Shown one piece after another: positions 1-12,559 of a DNA stretch of 64,000 nt. Source of the stretch: Eledone cirrhosa (Eukaryota); the NCBI GenBank assembly GCA_964016885.1, contig OZ024752.1, positions 7,564,001 through 7,628,000 of the forward strand. Direction: 5' to 3'. The translations under genes and the position numbers were made by a program. The first letter of the stretch is position 1. Every line of letters starts with the position of its first letter. The notes under the pieces were generated by a model. It was given only the letters and a program-made list of their open reading frames with translations. It made no database searches and was not told where the DNA came from.

Positions 1-337
1 ACTGTGAAAATACAATAGTATATATAGAGTAATGTAAATATTATGTGAGATATTATGTGAGGTAAAGCCTTTACTGTGAAAATACAACAGTATATATAGA
101 GTAATGTAAATGTTGTGAGATATTATGTGAGGTAAAGCCTTTACTGTGAAAATACAACAGTATATATAGAGTAATGTAAATGTTATCTGAGATATTATGT
201 GAGGTAAAGCCTTTACTGTGAAAATACAACAGTATATATAGAGTAATGTAAATTTTATGGGAGGTATTATGTGAGGTAAAGCCTTTACCACAAGATACAA
301 CAGTATATATAGAGTAATGTAAATGCTAAAGGGTTAA
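1..337 (-). mobile_element. piggyBac-like MITE end with internally amplified ~72-bp unit (>=4.5 copies, runs off window)
   Basis: Ends ...aaatgctaaagggTTAA; the unit is the reverse complement of the interior of the TTAA-CCCTTT elements at 23264-23555 and 31827-32018. Confidence 0.7.
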
Positions 338-454
338 CAGTTGCCGTCCTTACTTTGGTGACAATTTCCACAACAATATGTCCAACTAGTAAAGATACTG
401 TAAACATTTGAATTAACAAACCTGTTTTTATATTTTTTCTGGTAAATCATTGCA

Positions 455-476
455 GGGTTAGGGTTAGGGTTAGGGT
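455..476 (+). repeat. Short interstitial (TTAGGG)n tract
   Basis: agggttagggttagggttaggg. Confidence 0.6.
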
Positions 477-632
477 GTTAAGGCTCAAATATCTCAATAT
501 GTTAACCCAGATATAGAAAGGCGTGTATAGTGTGTATATAGTATTAGCTATGTTAACACTGGTGTATAAAGTGGTGTATATAGTATTTATAAAGTGGTAT
601 ATAATATATATGTTAACTGGTGTATAAAGTGT

Positions 633-1170
633 TGGTGGTGGTATTGTTGTTGTTGGTGGCAGTGGTGGTGGTATTGTTGTTGTTGGTGGCAGTGGTGGTA
701 GTATTGTTGTTGTTGGTGGCAGTGGTGGTAGTATTGTTGTTGTTGGTGGCAGTGGTGGTGGTATTGTTGTTGTTGGTGGCAGTGGTGGTAGTATTGTTGT
801 TGTTGGTGGCAGTGGTGGTAGTATTGTTGTTGTTGGTGGCAGTGGTGGTGGTATTGTTGTTGTTGGTGGCAGTGGTGGTAGTATTGTTGTTGTTGGTGGC
901 AGTGGTGGTAGTATTGTTGTTGTTGGTGGCAGTGGTGGTGGTATTGTTGTTGTTGGTGGCAGTGGTGGTAGTATTGTTGTTGTTGGTAGCAGTGGTGGTG
1001 GTATTGTTGTTGTTGGTGGCAGTGGTGGTGGTATTGTTGTTGTTGGTAGCAGTGGTGGTAGTATTGTTGTTGTTGGTGGCAGTGGTGGTGGTATTGTTGT
1101 TGTTGGTGGCAGTGGTGGTGGTATTGTTGTTGTTGGTGGCAGTGGTGGTGGTATTGTTGTTGTTGTTGTG
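633..1170. repeat. 30-bp minisatellite, ~18 copies
   Basis: Unit gtggtggt(g/a)gtattgttgttgttggtggca; explains ORFs 613..1197 and 620..1228. Confidence 0.95.
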
Positions 1171-1494
1171 CACTAAGTTAACCTCAGGAGTTGACACAAT
1201 ACTTTATGGTGTCTGCAGAAATCTGTAGAAATCTGTAGAAATATTACTCCAGTTCCTCCAAACTTTAATATTTTGTAGTCTTTCAAACAGATGTTTTTTC
1301 TAATATTTCATGTTTTTAGTTTTTAACTTTTTAACTCAAATCATATTTCACATTAAACTTCTGTTGAATTGGTCCACCAATTCCTGATGCAGCAAAGTGT
1401 TGCAGTTGTTGTGTTTGACCTAAATATGATCCAGTAGATACTTAGTGTTGGTCCTCAATGGTATATCAACATTTCAAAGTGGGCTTGGTAAAAA

Positions 1495-1665
1495 TTGTTT
1501 CTACTTTTGGCACAAGGCCAGCAATTATCCCAGTGCATTACTGGTACTTTATTTTATCGACCCCGTAAGGATGAAAGGCAAAGTTAACCTCGGCGGGATT
1601 GTAAAGGGCCATAACTCTATGCTGCAAAGCATGGCGTCCGACCCTCTACCGATACTTCTAATTCA
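1495..1665 (-). mobile_element. tRNA-derived SINE with Meta-type central domain
   Basis: ggtactttattttatcgaccccgtaaggatgaaaggcaaagttaacctcggcggga; further copies near 23790-23950(+), 29395-29550(-), 30510-30635(+), 31495-31655(+), 45055-45200(-), 47905-48020(-), 57330-57560(+). Confidence 0.75.
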
Positions 1666-1872
1666 CCCATTCATTGTAATAATGTAAACTGGAATTTAGT
1701 TTTCTCTATTCAGTCTGCCAGATTGTTTTAGTGACCTCTTTTCATTGAGATGTTACATATATTCTGACAAATTTAGAGATGTCAAGATGAATGGACCTGT
1801 TATTTTTCTCTAAAGACATTTTTTCCAATTTCAGCGCGCCCGTCCCCTCAATCTATCTTATTTCTCATTCTT

Positions 1873-1908
1873 TCTTCTGATGAAGGACCAGCGTCCGAAA
1901 CGTTAAGA
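1873..1908 (+). ncRNA. Minimal type I hammerhead ribozyme (family F) in a PLE-like 3' end
   Basis: tctt-CTGATGA-aggac-cagc-gtcc-GAAACGTT-aaga; element ends in (TA)n at ~1995; degenerate homologue at 4710-4748(-). Confidence 0.75.
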
Positions 1909-1990
1909 CCCTCTTGTGCTGCTATTTCAAGCGTTAACCTAATATATTCCTTCCATATACTGTACCGGTTGTGTTGTTATTTCTGTTTAC

Positions 1991-2056
<66 letters not shown>

Positions 2057-2806
2057 TAGAGTGGTCCTTCATCAGTGATCTTCCAACCATCATCGGTATT
2101 TCTTCGCTTTAAAGACCATATACCTCCGGTTGGTGCGAGCAACGGCTAAAGAAAGTCGTTGGGACATGTAAATAAAGGGAACAGCGAGAGTGTAAACAAA
2201 CAAAGATGGCGAAGCAACGAAAAGTGAGGAAGAACGAGTCAAGTCCCAAATTTCCATGAATATAAGTTCGGTGAAATCGTGAACGAGAGAGAATAAAGAC
2301 CATCAAACCTGGTTGGAATGTGAGCAAGGAAGGAATTCCGTACAGGTCAAACGGGAGGAAGAAGGGATCTAGTCCGTGAATTCGGTGAATGTAAGTTCTG
2401 TGAAATCGTAGACGAGGGAGAGAAAAAAAGCGAACCTGCCAGACCAAGGGTGCGAAAGAAAAGAATTACGCACAGGTCAAACGGGAAGAAGGAGGAGGAG
2501 GAGAGGTAGTAACAGAGAGTGAGTGAGTGAAGGGTGAGGAAGAGGCTAACAGAGAGAGTGACTGTTAGAGAAGGTAAAGATACAGAGAAAGAGGAAGCAG
2601 TAAGAACGATATAGTAATAATAATAAAATAGTAATAATAATAAATTTGAAGACTAAAATCCAAAGAGGGCTCGATAAGGATAAATATATATCAAATATAT
2701 AAGAACCGTAGAGCAAATATTTATTAAAATAACAGATTAAAGTTTAAGCAAAGAATCGCTGCTTTCACCCTTAACGGGATCTTCTGAAACTAACCATATA
2801 TATAAT

Positions 2807-3250
2807 ACACAATATATTAATAAATGGAAACTATATTTATAAAACCATATTTATTTTATTATACATATTTCAAGGGCAACCAAGGCAAATTATGGTGCGC
2901 TTTCATCAGATAAAATACAGATTTGTTTTATAAATAAATATTGACATACCCGGAAAAAAAGACAACCTTAATGGTTGGAGCTTCCTGGATACCGTTGAGG
3001 TTGTCTTTTTTTCCGGGAATGTCAATATTTATTTATAAAACAAATTTGTATTTTATCTGATGAAAGTGCACCATAATTTACCTTGGTTGCCCTTGAAATA
3101 TGTATAATAAAATAAATATGGTTTTATAAATATAGTTTCCATTTATTAATATATTGTGTATTTACTCCACTAATCTGTTGAGTGCTTTATATCAGTTATA
3201 AAAATTTATAAGCTTGTTGAATCCCAACAAATTAAATATAACCTCTGCAT
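2807..3250 (+). mobile_element. Fold-back PLE-like element (family B) with hammerheads on both arms
   Basis: Imperfect inverted arms ~2807-2975 and ~2992-3160; HHR 3050-3113(+) attttat-CTGATGA...GAAATATGTATA-ataaaat with mirror copy 2853-2916(-); unpaired tail 3161-3250 then (TA)n. Confidence 0.85.
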
Positions 3251-3310
3251 ATATATATATATATATATATATATGAAAAGTGTAATTTTCTACACAAAGC
3301 GAAGGTTATA

Positions 3311-3520
3311 GAGAAAATTGAGGTTGGTAATGGCACATGGAATATATAAGAGACAGAATACTTTTTTGTGAAAAAACATAATTTTATAAGGTAAGGAAAT
3401 AATAAAGGGTATAAAAAATACCCTTTATTATTTCCTTACCTTATAAAATTATGTTTTTTCACAAAAAAGTATTCTGTCTCTTATATATTCCATGTGCCAT
3501 TACCAACCTCAATTTTCTCT
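3311..3520. repeat. Perfect ~100-bp-arm palindrome between (TA)n tracts
   Basis: gagaaaattgagg...aagggtat-aaaaa-ataccctt...cctcaattttctc; no HHR core visible. Confidence 0.9.
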
Positions 3521-3540
3521 CTATATATATATATATATAA

Positions 3541-3750
3541 TATATAAGATCAAAAGATGGTTAAAAGAGTTCCATGTATTTTATTATGCGCATTTCAAAA
3601 ATTTGAAATGCGCATAATAAAATACATGGAACTCTTTTAACCATCTTTTGATCTTATATATTATGTATACTCCAGTCCTACAAACTGTAGAGTGCTTCTT
3701 ATCCGATATCTGCATTGCTTTATTGTACTACAATAAAACTCACCTCCTAC
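3541..3750 (+). mobile_element. Fold-back PLE-like element (family A), folded inside the ribozyme
   Basis: Palindrome centred ~3600 just 5' of GAAATGCGCATA; same tail as 5022-5428 and 22493-22920. Confidence 0.8.
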
Positions 3751-3840
<90 letters not shown>

Positions 3841-4069
3841 CTAACCTGATTGTTTTTTTGTTGCTTTGGTATTATGTGACTAGGTTCGCCTGTCGCAGTT
3901 TTCAATTTGTCACACTATCTAACGTATGTTATTACTTTAAGGTGACACAGCCTTTATCGAGTGCTTTGCTGCACATTCTTAATTGTATATCGTTAGCTTG
4001 GCCACAGACAAAACTTTGATTTTACTAAACTTCCTTTTGTATATATATATATATAAATATATATATATA

Positions 4070-4485
4070 TATCATCATCATCATCATCATCATCATCATC
4101 GTTTAACGTCCATCTTCCACGCTTGCATGGGTTTGGATGGGAGTTTTCCCACTTGAGGCAAGATTGGTTGTCTTGCTCGTATAGGACTGTCTGGCAGGTT
4201 TGGCTGGATGCTCTTCCTAACACCAACCACGTTTACAGTGTGGACTGGGAACTTTTTACTGTGTTAGCTACACGACCACATTACAGCGTGGACTGTGTGT
4301 TTTTTTTTTGTGACACCTACACGACCTCATTTATTTCGGACTGGATGTTGTGGTACCAACATAACTTTACATCGAAAGGGGTGGTGTGGATGGGGTGGGG
4401 GGGGTGGAGCGGGGGTGTATTTTTGTTAGAGGTGCCTACTGACTGTAGGTTTCGCTTTGTACTTAGGCAAGGCGGGTCTTCTGTA
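4070..4485 (-). mobile_element. 3' end fragment of the RTE LINE family at 16851-19322
   Basis: (cat)n tail plus 3' UTR aligning to 16851-17250. Confidence 0.8.
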
Positions 4486-4896
4486 TTATATATATAGTAT
4501 TAAAAATATTTCATGTACTTAAAACGTACATGTGACCATTGGTTTCGGTGATGATGATGATGATGATGATGATATATATGTGTGTATATATATATGTGTG
4601 TATATATATATATGTGTGTATATAAGCAAAATGTAAACAAACAACAAAGCAAACAACACAGTACAATGAAGGAAATATATTAGTTTAACACTTTATAGAG
4701 TTGGAATAGAGTCTTCACATTTCAGACACAAGTCCTTCATCAGAAAACAAATAAAAGATGAGATAGAAAGATGGAGAGTGAGAAGAGAAAGGAACGAGAA
4801 AAAAAACATCTTTCAGAAAAAACATGAGTATATTCAGTCAGCCATTTTGGATATATATATCATCATCATCATATATATATACATATATATATATAT

Positions 4897-4943
<47 letters not shown>

Positions 4944-5021
4944 TATACATATATATATATATACATATATATATATACATATATATACATATATATATAT
5001 ATACATATATATATACATATT

Positions 5022-5428
5022 ATATAAGAACAAAAGATGATTAAAAGAGTTCCATGTATTTTATTATGCGCATTTCAAAAACAAATATCATCATGCAATA
5101 ATACTTGTGTTTTCATCAGATAAAACAGGAAGACATGATATGAAGATTAAAAAACACTTGTGGATAGTTCAGTTTTAAATCAAACTGAACTATCCACAAG
5201 TGTTTTTTAATCTTCATATCATGTCTTCCTGTTTTATCTGATGAAAACACAAGTATTATTGCATGATGATATTTGTTTTTGAAATGCGCATAATAAAATA
5301 CATGGAACTCTTTTAACCATCTTTTGTTCTTATATAATATGTATACTCCAGTCCTACAAACTGTAGAGTGCTTCTTATCCGATATCTGCATTGCTTTATT
5401 GTACTACAATAAAACTCACCTCCTACAT
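5022..5428 (+). mobile_element. Fold-back PLE-like element (family A) with hammerheads on both arms
   Basis: HHR 5231-5299(+) gttttat-CTGATGA-aaacacaagtatt...atatttgttttt-GAAATGCGCATA-ataaaat with mirror copy 5058-5126(-); flanked by (TA)n. Confidence 0.85.
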
Positions 5429-5689
5429 ATATATATACATATATATATATATGTATATTTATATATATATATACACATATATATATGTGTGTGTATATAT
5501 GTGCACGTATACATATATACGTGTGTATATGTATGTGTGTGTGTGTATATATTTATATGAATGTATTTATATATATATATATATATACGCATGCATATAT
5601 ATGTATACGTATCTATACGTATGTGTGTATATATTTATACATGTATGTATATATATATATACATATTTATATTATATATACGTATATTA

Positions 5690-5721
<32 letters not shown>

Positions 5722-6404
5722 CGTATATTATATATATATATATATGATATGTATGTATATATCCTCATCATCACCATCTAATACATATATATATACACAT
5801 CTCTCAGCTAATTATGTAATATTCCTCAGACTTCCTTTAACCCTCTCCATGTTTTCACACCATTCAAATACACAACACTTCAACCATGTTTCTCCTTTCA
5901 CTTTCCTACCTTCAGTTCAGTGGACTGTGTCACACTCTATACATCCCCACCCATACCTCTTCGCACTCCAACGCACAAGCTGCATCATCTTATTCATTTT
6001 CCCAGGAACTTGTTGTTGCCGTTGTTGTTGTATGGTCATCTCTATTTTATTTTACAAAGCTGTTTATACAAAAAACAACAAACATTATTAATGGGAATAA
6101 AAAAAAAAAGGGAAATAAAAAAAAGAATTAAGTAACGAAAGAAAGAGAGTGAGGATGACATACACACCCCAGGGAGTGGGGATGACATACACACCCCAGG
6201 GAGAGGGGGTGACAGACACACCCCAGTCTGGGTGGTGTTTCAGCACCACCCTGTGGACAAAAGGTATAAGTGGAAACAAAACAGTGCAATCAAATTTTTG
6301 CGGGAAAATATATTACCTTCCGCAATAAAAAATATGTATTTTGCGAAATCCAGAGACTTTCAATAATGACCAGAAGTCGACCCTAAATATTATTAATAGC
6401 TCTA

Positions 6405-6790
6405 GGAAAGCCATGAACGACATCACATCTTTTTAACTTTGATTTTGAAAGTAGGTTTATAATTATCAATTTTCATTATACTATTGTAGCTGTCTCGGTG
6501 GCCTAGTTGGTGGAATCATAGTCGGTGGTGATCCTGTCTGAAGTTCGATCCTGGTCGGGAGTAGGGTCCCCAGTAAACCTTTTCAGTTTTTTTTCTATTC
6601 TAATAAAAATTGAAGACGGTTACATGCACCTCTTGACCAGGATTGAACCCAAAGCCAGGATCTCCGCTGTCTCTAGTACCTACCTCTAGGCCACAGAGAC
6701 AACTACAAAAATCATATGAAAATTCATCCTTATAAACCTACTTTCAAAATTTAAAAAAACAAAATGTTGTGGTGTCGTTCATGTCTTTCT
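6405..6790. repeat. Degenerate inverted repeat, each arm with a tRNA-like A/B box
   Basis: ttttgaaagtaggtttataa / ttataaacctactttcaaaa; gtggcctagttgg...gttcgatcc mirrored by ggattgaac...ctaggccac. Confidence 0.6.
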
Positions 6791-6944
6791 TAATGTTATT
6801 GCTCCTACTTAAGCTTTAGATTTAGTAGAAAGTACAACCACTGATTCCAGCTGTTTGCACTATCGTATATTTTGGTTTTTAGTAATTCCCTGGGAAATTG
6901 GTTGACCAAATGCCATTGCACAACCTGGCCACTGTATATATATA

Positions 6945-7192
6945 TACTTCGTTTTTGAATTTGTTTTGCAAGATTTCATATCTGAAAACATGTGTTAAAA
7001 CAGATATTGTTATACTTTGGGAGGGTCATGCTGCCAATAAAAACACATGCAACTGTTGGTTTTCACTTCAATTTATTATAAACTTTTTTTTTATTGGCAA
7101 CATGACCCTCCCAAAGTAATGCAATGTTTCAACACATGTGTTCAGATAAGAAACCTTGAAAAACAAATACAAAAACGAAATACACACACACA
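6945..7192. mobile_element. TA-flanked fold-back MITE-like element
   Basis: ~95-bp inverted arms (ttcgtttttgaatttgttttgcaag...tttgggagggtcatg); related copies at 56330-56690 and 38910-38975. Confidence 0.65.
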
Positions 7193-7212
7193 TACATACA
7201 CACATATATATG

Positions 7213-7360
7213 TGTGCGTGTATAAGTCGCACCTCTATTTTCAGGCAACATTTATAACGTACCATATATTTTAAATTGAGGTTTTGTAGGTCTAGTAGAT
7301 AAGTCGCACGCTGGTTTTTCACGACATATTTTCGTAGAATTGGTGCGACTTATATGCAAA
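7213..7360. mobile_element. pogo/Tc2-like MITE
   Basis: tataagtcgcacc ... ggtgcgacttata inverted motifs. Confidence 0.55.
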
Positions 7361-7950
7361 AATAATAAGGAATACTGGTATTTTCTTCTTTTGCTTGAAA
7401 AAAACAAAAACAAAAAAAAAACGACTTTATACAGCAATATATTCAGAACAAATCGAAGATCGATTCTTTGTTTGGACAGCTATATTTCGTTTTATGAAAT
7501 AGTGTCATAAAGCCACACCCTCTTCTTATTCGTTCTACCGCGAAAGGCAACAACAAAAAAAAACAAACAAAGCGACAGCTTTCCTTTATCAATCTTTGAA
7601 AAGACTGATATTTTTTATTTTAAATGGTGTTATTTCTGGCGTGCCTTCGCCGCCTACACAGATCTTTCAGGCGGGAAGAACAACGATTAAAAAAAGTATA
7701 AGAAAATGAAAACTATGCAGGGATATGTTGAAAAAGAACCTCAAATATTTAACAAATATTAGACTAGTCTTTGAAATAATTTCAAAACGGGATTTTAGAA
7801 TCATGGTATAGTAAGGTCTGTCTGAAGAGGGAAAGATAGACATTATAGTTTTATTATTTACTATTGTTAAGTTGTAGACTAAATTTGTTTGTTATATAAT
7901 AATAATTGACTGAGAAAAACTTCTCTGGGAGATGAATGGTGGTAAAGCTA

Positions 7951-7958
7951 TGACGTCA
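7951..7958. promoter_or_regulatory. Palindromic CRE (TGACGTCA) next to CpG-retaining unique sequence at 7500-7990
   Basis: Exact 8-mer only; function unverified. Confidence 0.3.
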
Positions 7959-8474
7959 CTGGCTTCGTTATTCAACAGTCTACCGCCGCCACCACCACCA
8001 TACTAACCAATACACACACCCTGTCTCCCTACCCCCTATGTCTCTCGCTTCTCTCTCTCTCTTTCTCTCCCTCCCTCTCTTGCAAGCCCGTCTGTCTGTC
8101 TCTCTCTCTCGCCCCCCCCCCCGTCTCTCTCTCTCATTCACTGTCTCTCTCTCTCCTCTCCCTCTCTCGTTACCCCCTCTGCCTCACCCATATATATATA
8201 TTTCGTTTCTGAATTTATATATATATATATGAAAATATAGAAATTAATGTGAGCAAGAAGCCAACAGTATTCCATAATATATAAGTGACTATAACGTCAA
8301 AATGGAAAATAATAAACGTAAGATATGGGAAAATAATTCAAACTCAATTAAAAAAAAATCAAGACAAATTTTATCCACAGATTTTGTGAAATTCAGGGAA
8401 AAAACCAATAGAGTCTTAACTCAGAATCAAATAAAGCTTAAATACTCATCCTTCAATTTGGAAAAACTACAAAT

Positions 8475-8555
8475 GCTCTATATAGTCTTAAAAAGACTAT
8501 TTCACGAAACTTTTCAGTGGGAATGGTCACGCTTGGAATCGTTCCTCAGTAGAGC
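8475..8555 (-). ncRNA. Complete type I hammerhead ribozyme with stable stem III
   Basis: Minus strand: gctcta-CTGAGGA-acga...tcgt-GAA-ATAGTCTT-ttt-AAGACTAT-A-tagagc; stems I and III pair perfectly. Confidence 0.85.
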
Positions 8556-8574
8556 TGATATATATAGATATATA

Positions 8575-8858
8575 TAAGTAGACGGGGTATTTAATTTGTT
8601 GGAAGTCCGACAAATATAGATGTTTATAATTGATTTAGAGCACTCAACAGTTTACTGGAGTAAATATTCAATGATATTAAATGACTATCCAGTGAATTTC
8701 CAACCGATAAGGTATGATTTTCATGGGTATGTCTCTATTTATAAAACAAACTTTGTATTTTATCTGATGAAAGCGTACCAATGTTGTCTTGGTACCCTTG
8801 AAATATATATAATAAAATAAATATGGTTTTATAAATATAGTTTCCATTTATTTAATAT

Positions 8859-8860
<2 letters not shown>
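8575..8860. mobile_element. PLE-like element (family B) with HHR at 8757-8818(+)
   Basis: CTGATGA-aagcgtacca...tggtaccctt-GAAATATATATA-ataaaat; tail motif on the minus strand at 8636-8665. Confidence 0.8.
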
Positions 8861-8905
<45 letters not shown>

Positions 8906-8961
8906 TATATATATATTAAAATACAAATATTAATAAAATAGATGTTCTTTTTATCAATTAC

Positions 8962-9014
8962 ATTGTATTATACATATTTCGGATGTACAACAGTACGTCC
9001 TCATCAGACAAAAT
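8962..9014 (-). ncRNA. Minimal hammerhead ribozyme (family C)
   Basis: Minus strand: attttgt-CTGATGA-ggacgtactgttgtacatcc-GAAATATGTATA-atacaat. Confidence 0.8.
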
Positions 9015-9071
9015 ATAATGATACATGACATACCCTGAGATGTTAAATGGTTAAGATTTAATCAAGGTAGT

Positions 9072-9108
<37 letters not shown>

Positions 9109-9811
9109 GAATGCACAAGCGGAGGACAATCCCTTCAGTTGTCTGCTGGAGACCACGGACATTTCAACATATATATATATATGATGATTTCCTTTGAATG
9201 AAACAGTTCTAGACCTGTAGAAGCCATTGCTCTCTCTATATATATGAAAAAGTATGACCCCGACGGCAGAGCTCAAGCCGTTTCGACGGCTATTTCTGGA
9301 CTAAATATATATATATATATATATTTCTGGACTAAATATATATATTTATATATATATAATCTGACACACATATAGAAAGTGAGAGGCACAGTTCTGTCAC
9401 ACGCAAACTCCCAAGATACCACAGAGTATGTGTATGTATGTCACACGCACACTAATTAATACGGGCACATCCATAATTTAATTGCAGTATTTCCTCTTAT
9501 CTCCAGCCTCCTCATCTTTCTTCACCCCTCCCCCACCACCATTGTCCTGGTCACTCTCCCTTACACTCCCTCACTATCTTTGCTTCTTTCTTTCTTTCTC
9601 CATATGTTTTCCTCTTTCAGCAACTTTCTTTCTTTCTCTTCCTTTTCACTTCTTTTTTCTCGTTTTCACCACTGCTCCCCCCCCCCCCACACTTTGTCTT
9701 TCTTTCTCTCTCTCTCTTACAATATCTTCACTTCTTTTTTCACTTTTTCTCTCTTTCTTATCCCTCCCTTCATCTGCTCGTTACCACAAGCAGCACCCAC
9801 CATTTGTTCGT

Positions 9812-10545
9812 TACCACAGTAACCCTCCCTCTCTCCGTTCTTTACCACAGTCACTCTCCCTCTCTCCGTTCTTTACCACAGTCACTCTCCCTCTCTCCGT
9901 TCTTTACCACAGTCACTCTCCCTCTATCCGTTCTTTACCATAGTCACTCCCCCCTCTCTCCGTTCTTTACCATAGTCACTCTCCCTCTCTCCGTTCTTTA
10001 CCACAGTCACTCTCCCTCTCTCCGTTCTTTACCATAGTCACTCCCCCCTCTCTGTTCTTTACCATAGTCACTCTCCCTCTCTCCGTTCTTTACCATAGTC
10101 ACTCTCACTCTCTCCGTTCTTTACCATAGTCACTCTCCCTCTCTCCGTTCTTTACCACAGTCACTCTCCCTCTCTCCGTTCCTTACCATAGTCACTCCCC
10201 CCTCTCTCCATTCTTTACCATAGTCACTCTCCCTCTCTCCGTTCTTTACCATAGTCACTCTCCCTCTCTCCATTCTTTACTATAGTCACTCCCCCCTCTC
10301 TCCATTCTTTACCATAGTCACTCCCCCCTCTCTCCATTCTTTACCATAGTCACTCCCCCCTCTCTCCGTTCTTTACCATAGTCACTCCCCCCTCTCTCCG
10401 TTCTTTACCATATTCACTCTCCCTCTCTCCGTCCATTACCATAGTCACTCTCCCTCTCTCAATTCATTACCATAGTCACTCTCCCTCCTTCCGTTCACTA
10501 CCATAGTCGCTCCCCATTCCTCCGTCCTTTACCATAGTCACTCTC
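9812..10545. repeat. 31-bp pyrimidine-rich minisatellite, ~23 copies
   Basis: Unit tcactctccctctctccgttctttacca(c/t)ag. Confidence 0.95.
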
Positions 10546-10630
10546 CCCCCCCCCCCTTCTGTCTTTCTCTATCTCTACCTTTCCTCCCATCTTCCTACGC
10601 TCTTTACCATAGTCCCTCTCTCTCTCTTCG

Positions 10631-10998
10631 TGACGTCATCACACAACAGACATCAGAGAAACGCTCCAAAATATTCGTTTACCGACTTCTCTGCTGTCCT
10701 CTGCAACTTATTTCTCTCCTCTCCATACATACATACTCCTCATATATATATATACATATATATATATACACATATATATATATACACACACTAACTCGTT
10801 GTATATATATATATATACATACACACACTAACTCGTCATATTCTATTTTCATTTATATATATATATACACACACTAACTCGCCATATATGTACATACATA
10901 CACACACACATATATATATATATACACACTAACTCGCCATATATATATATATCATCATCATCATCATACGTCCGCTTTTCCCTGCTTGCAAGGGTGGG

Positions 10999-11031
<33 letters not shown>

Positions 11032-11210
11032 TACACTGACTCGTCATACACACATTTACTCGTCATATTATACATACTTACTCGTCATATACATACACAC
11101 ACTTACCCGTCATATTTATATACATACACATATATATATATACACACATACTTATATATATATTTACACACACATATATGCGAGTACATCGTTGCTTTTA
11201 GATAAGTTCA

Positions 11211-11245
<35 letters not shown>

Positions 11246-12058
11246 CACACACACATATATATATATAGACACACATAAATATATATATAGACACATATAC
11301 TTACATCGCTGTACATATATATATATACTTACATCACTATATATATATATATATATATATACACACGTAGAATCCATGTATAGTCGGTGTGTTCTCTCTC
11401 ACGACTGTTTTAATGTCAATTTAACTTCATTATCCATCATTACAATAGTTTCTCCCATTTCACATCTCTTCATTACTCCGTAGCCGGACAATAAACAACA
11501 TAAAAACTACCATATACACATAATATACATATAATATATACATAATATATATATATATAATATACACATAATATACACATATATATATATATAATATACA
11601 CATAATACACACATATATATATATATAATATACACATAATATACACATAATATATACATAATACACATATAATACACATATATATATACATAATATACAC
11701 ATAATATATATTAATATATACATAATATATATTAATATATACATAATATATATTAATATATACATAATATATACACATAATATACACATAATATATACAC
11801 ATAATATCATTATATATAAATATCAGAGACACCAGTAGAAATAGGAGCAACTTTATATAAATAAACTGACATATTACCAATTATATTATGGCCTCTTCAC
11901 TAAAATATTCCCATCTCTGTTGATTTAATGAAACTTTCTGACATTTTGGTAACAATTTTACTACAAATCTTTGGAAGTTTCTCTTCTGTGGAGAAGAAAG
12001 TTTGGTGAGAAAAGAAGCAAGAATTATTCTCTCAGAATTAAATCTTCGTCTGCCAAAG
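10631..12058 (+). other. Possible 5' region of a plus-strand transcript: CRE at 10631 and consensus donor AAG|GTAAGT after 12058
   Basis: TGACGTCA followed by unique sequence; perfect donor; no coding frame identified. Confidence 0.3.
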
Positions 12059-12199
12059 GTAAGTCTACAATATATCTATTACTACATCTTTTCTCCCTCT
12101 CTTTATATATATATATATATATATATAAAGATATATAATGAGGTTTCTGTCTAGTAAAGACAGGCATTGTACTATAATTATCTCACAACTTGATGTATC

Positions 12200-12327
12200 C
12201 ATTTGTTTCTGAAGGAGGACAGCAAAGATGTGCATCTCTTCGACATTGTATGCAGTTTAATAACTTCTATCGATTAGTCTCTGCACATCGATAGTGTGCT
12301 CCCCTCCGAAACGATCGTAAAACAATG
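12200..12327 (+). ncRNA. Degenerate hammerhead with ~90-nt stem II insertion (family H)
   Basis: catttgttt-CTGAAG-gagg...cctcc-GAAACGATCGTA-aaacaatg; core has one deviation from CUGANGA. Confidence 0.55.
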
Positions 12328-12380
12328 CATTATCTACTACCTCACTTGGTTTGTCGTATTCTTTCACTGTTAACATTATG

Positions 12381-12419
<39 letters not shown>

Positions 12420-12559
12420 AGTCATCGTTGAACGTCTATTTTCCATGGTTAGGTTAGGCGAGTTATCAAGTTATAAAACTAGAAAGGTCGGGTGACCACA
12501 TCTTACTCATACGATGAGATTTGGGTTTGGTTTGCTATGGTTGGATATCCTTCCTAATG

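Noticed and set aside
355-410. Candidate minus-strand exon ending AAA|gtaagg
   Set aside because: Single short exon, frame ambiguous, partner exons outside the window
613-1228. Asn/Thr-rich and Val/Leu-rich ORFs
   Set aside because: Translation of a 30-bp minisatellite; non-ATG starts and an in-frame stop just upstream of the minus-strand ORF
2056-2085. Minus-strand CTGATGA-aggacc
   Set aside because: Truncated by (TA)n before any GAAA; at most half a ribozyme
2745-2795. Family E cagaaga-tccc-gtta-aggg-t-GAAA on the minus strand
   Set aside because: Core deviates (CAGAAGA) and no UH or stem I found; not counted as a hammerhead
7816-7841. CTGAAGA-gg-GAAA hammerhead-like string
   Set aside because: No stem II between the core halves
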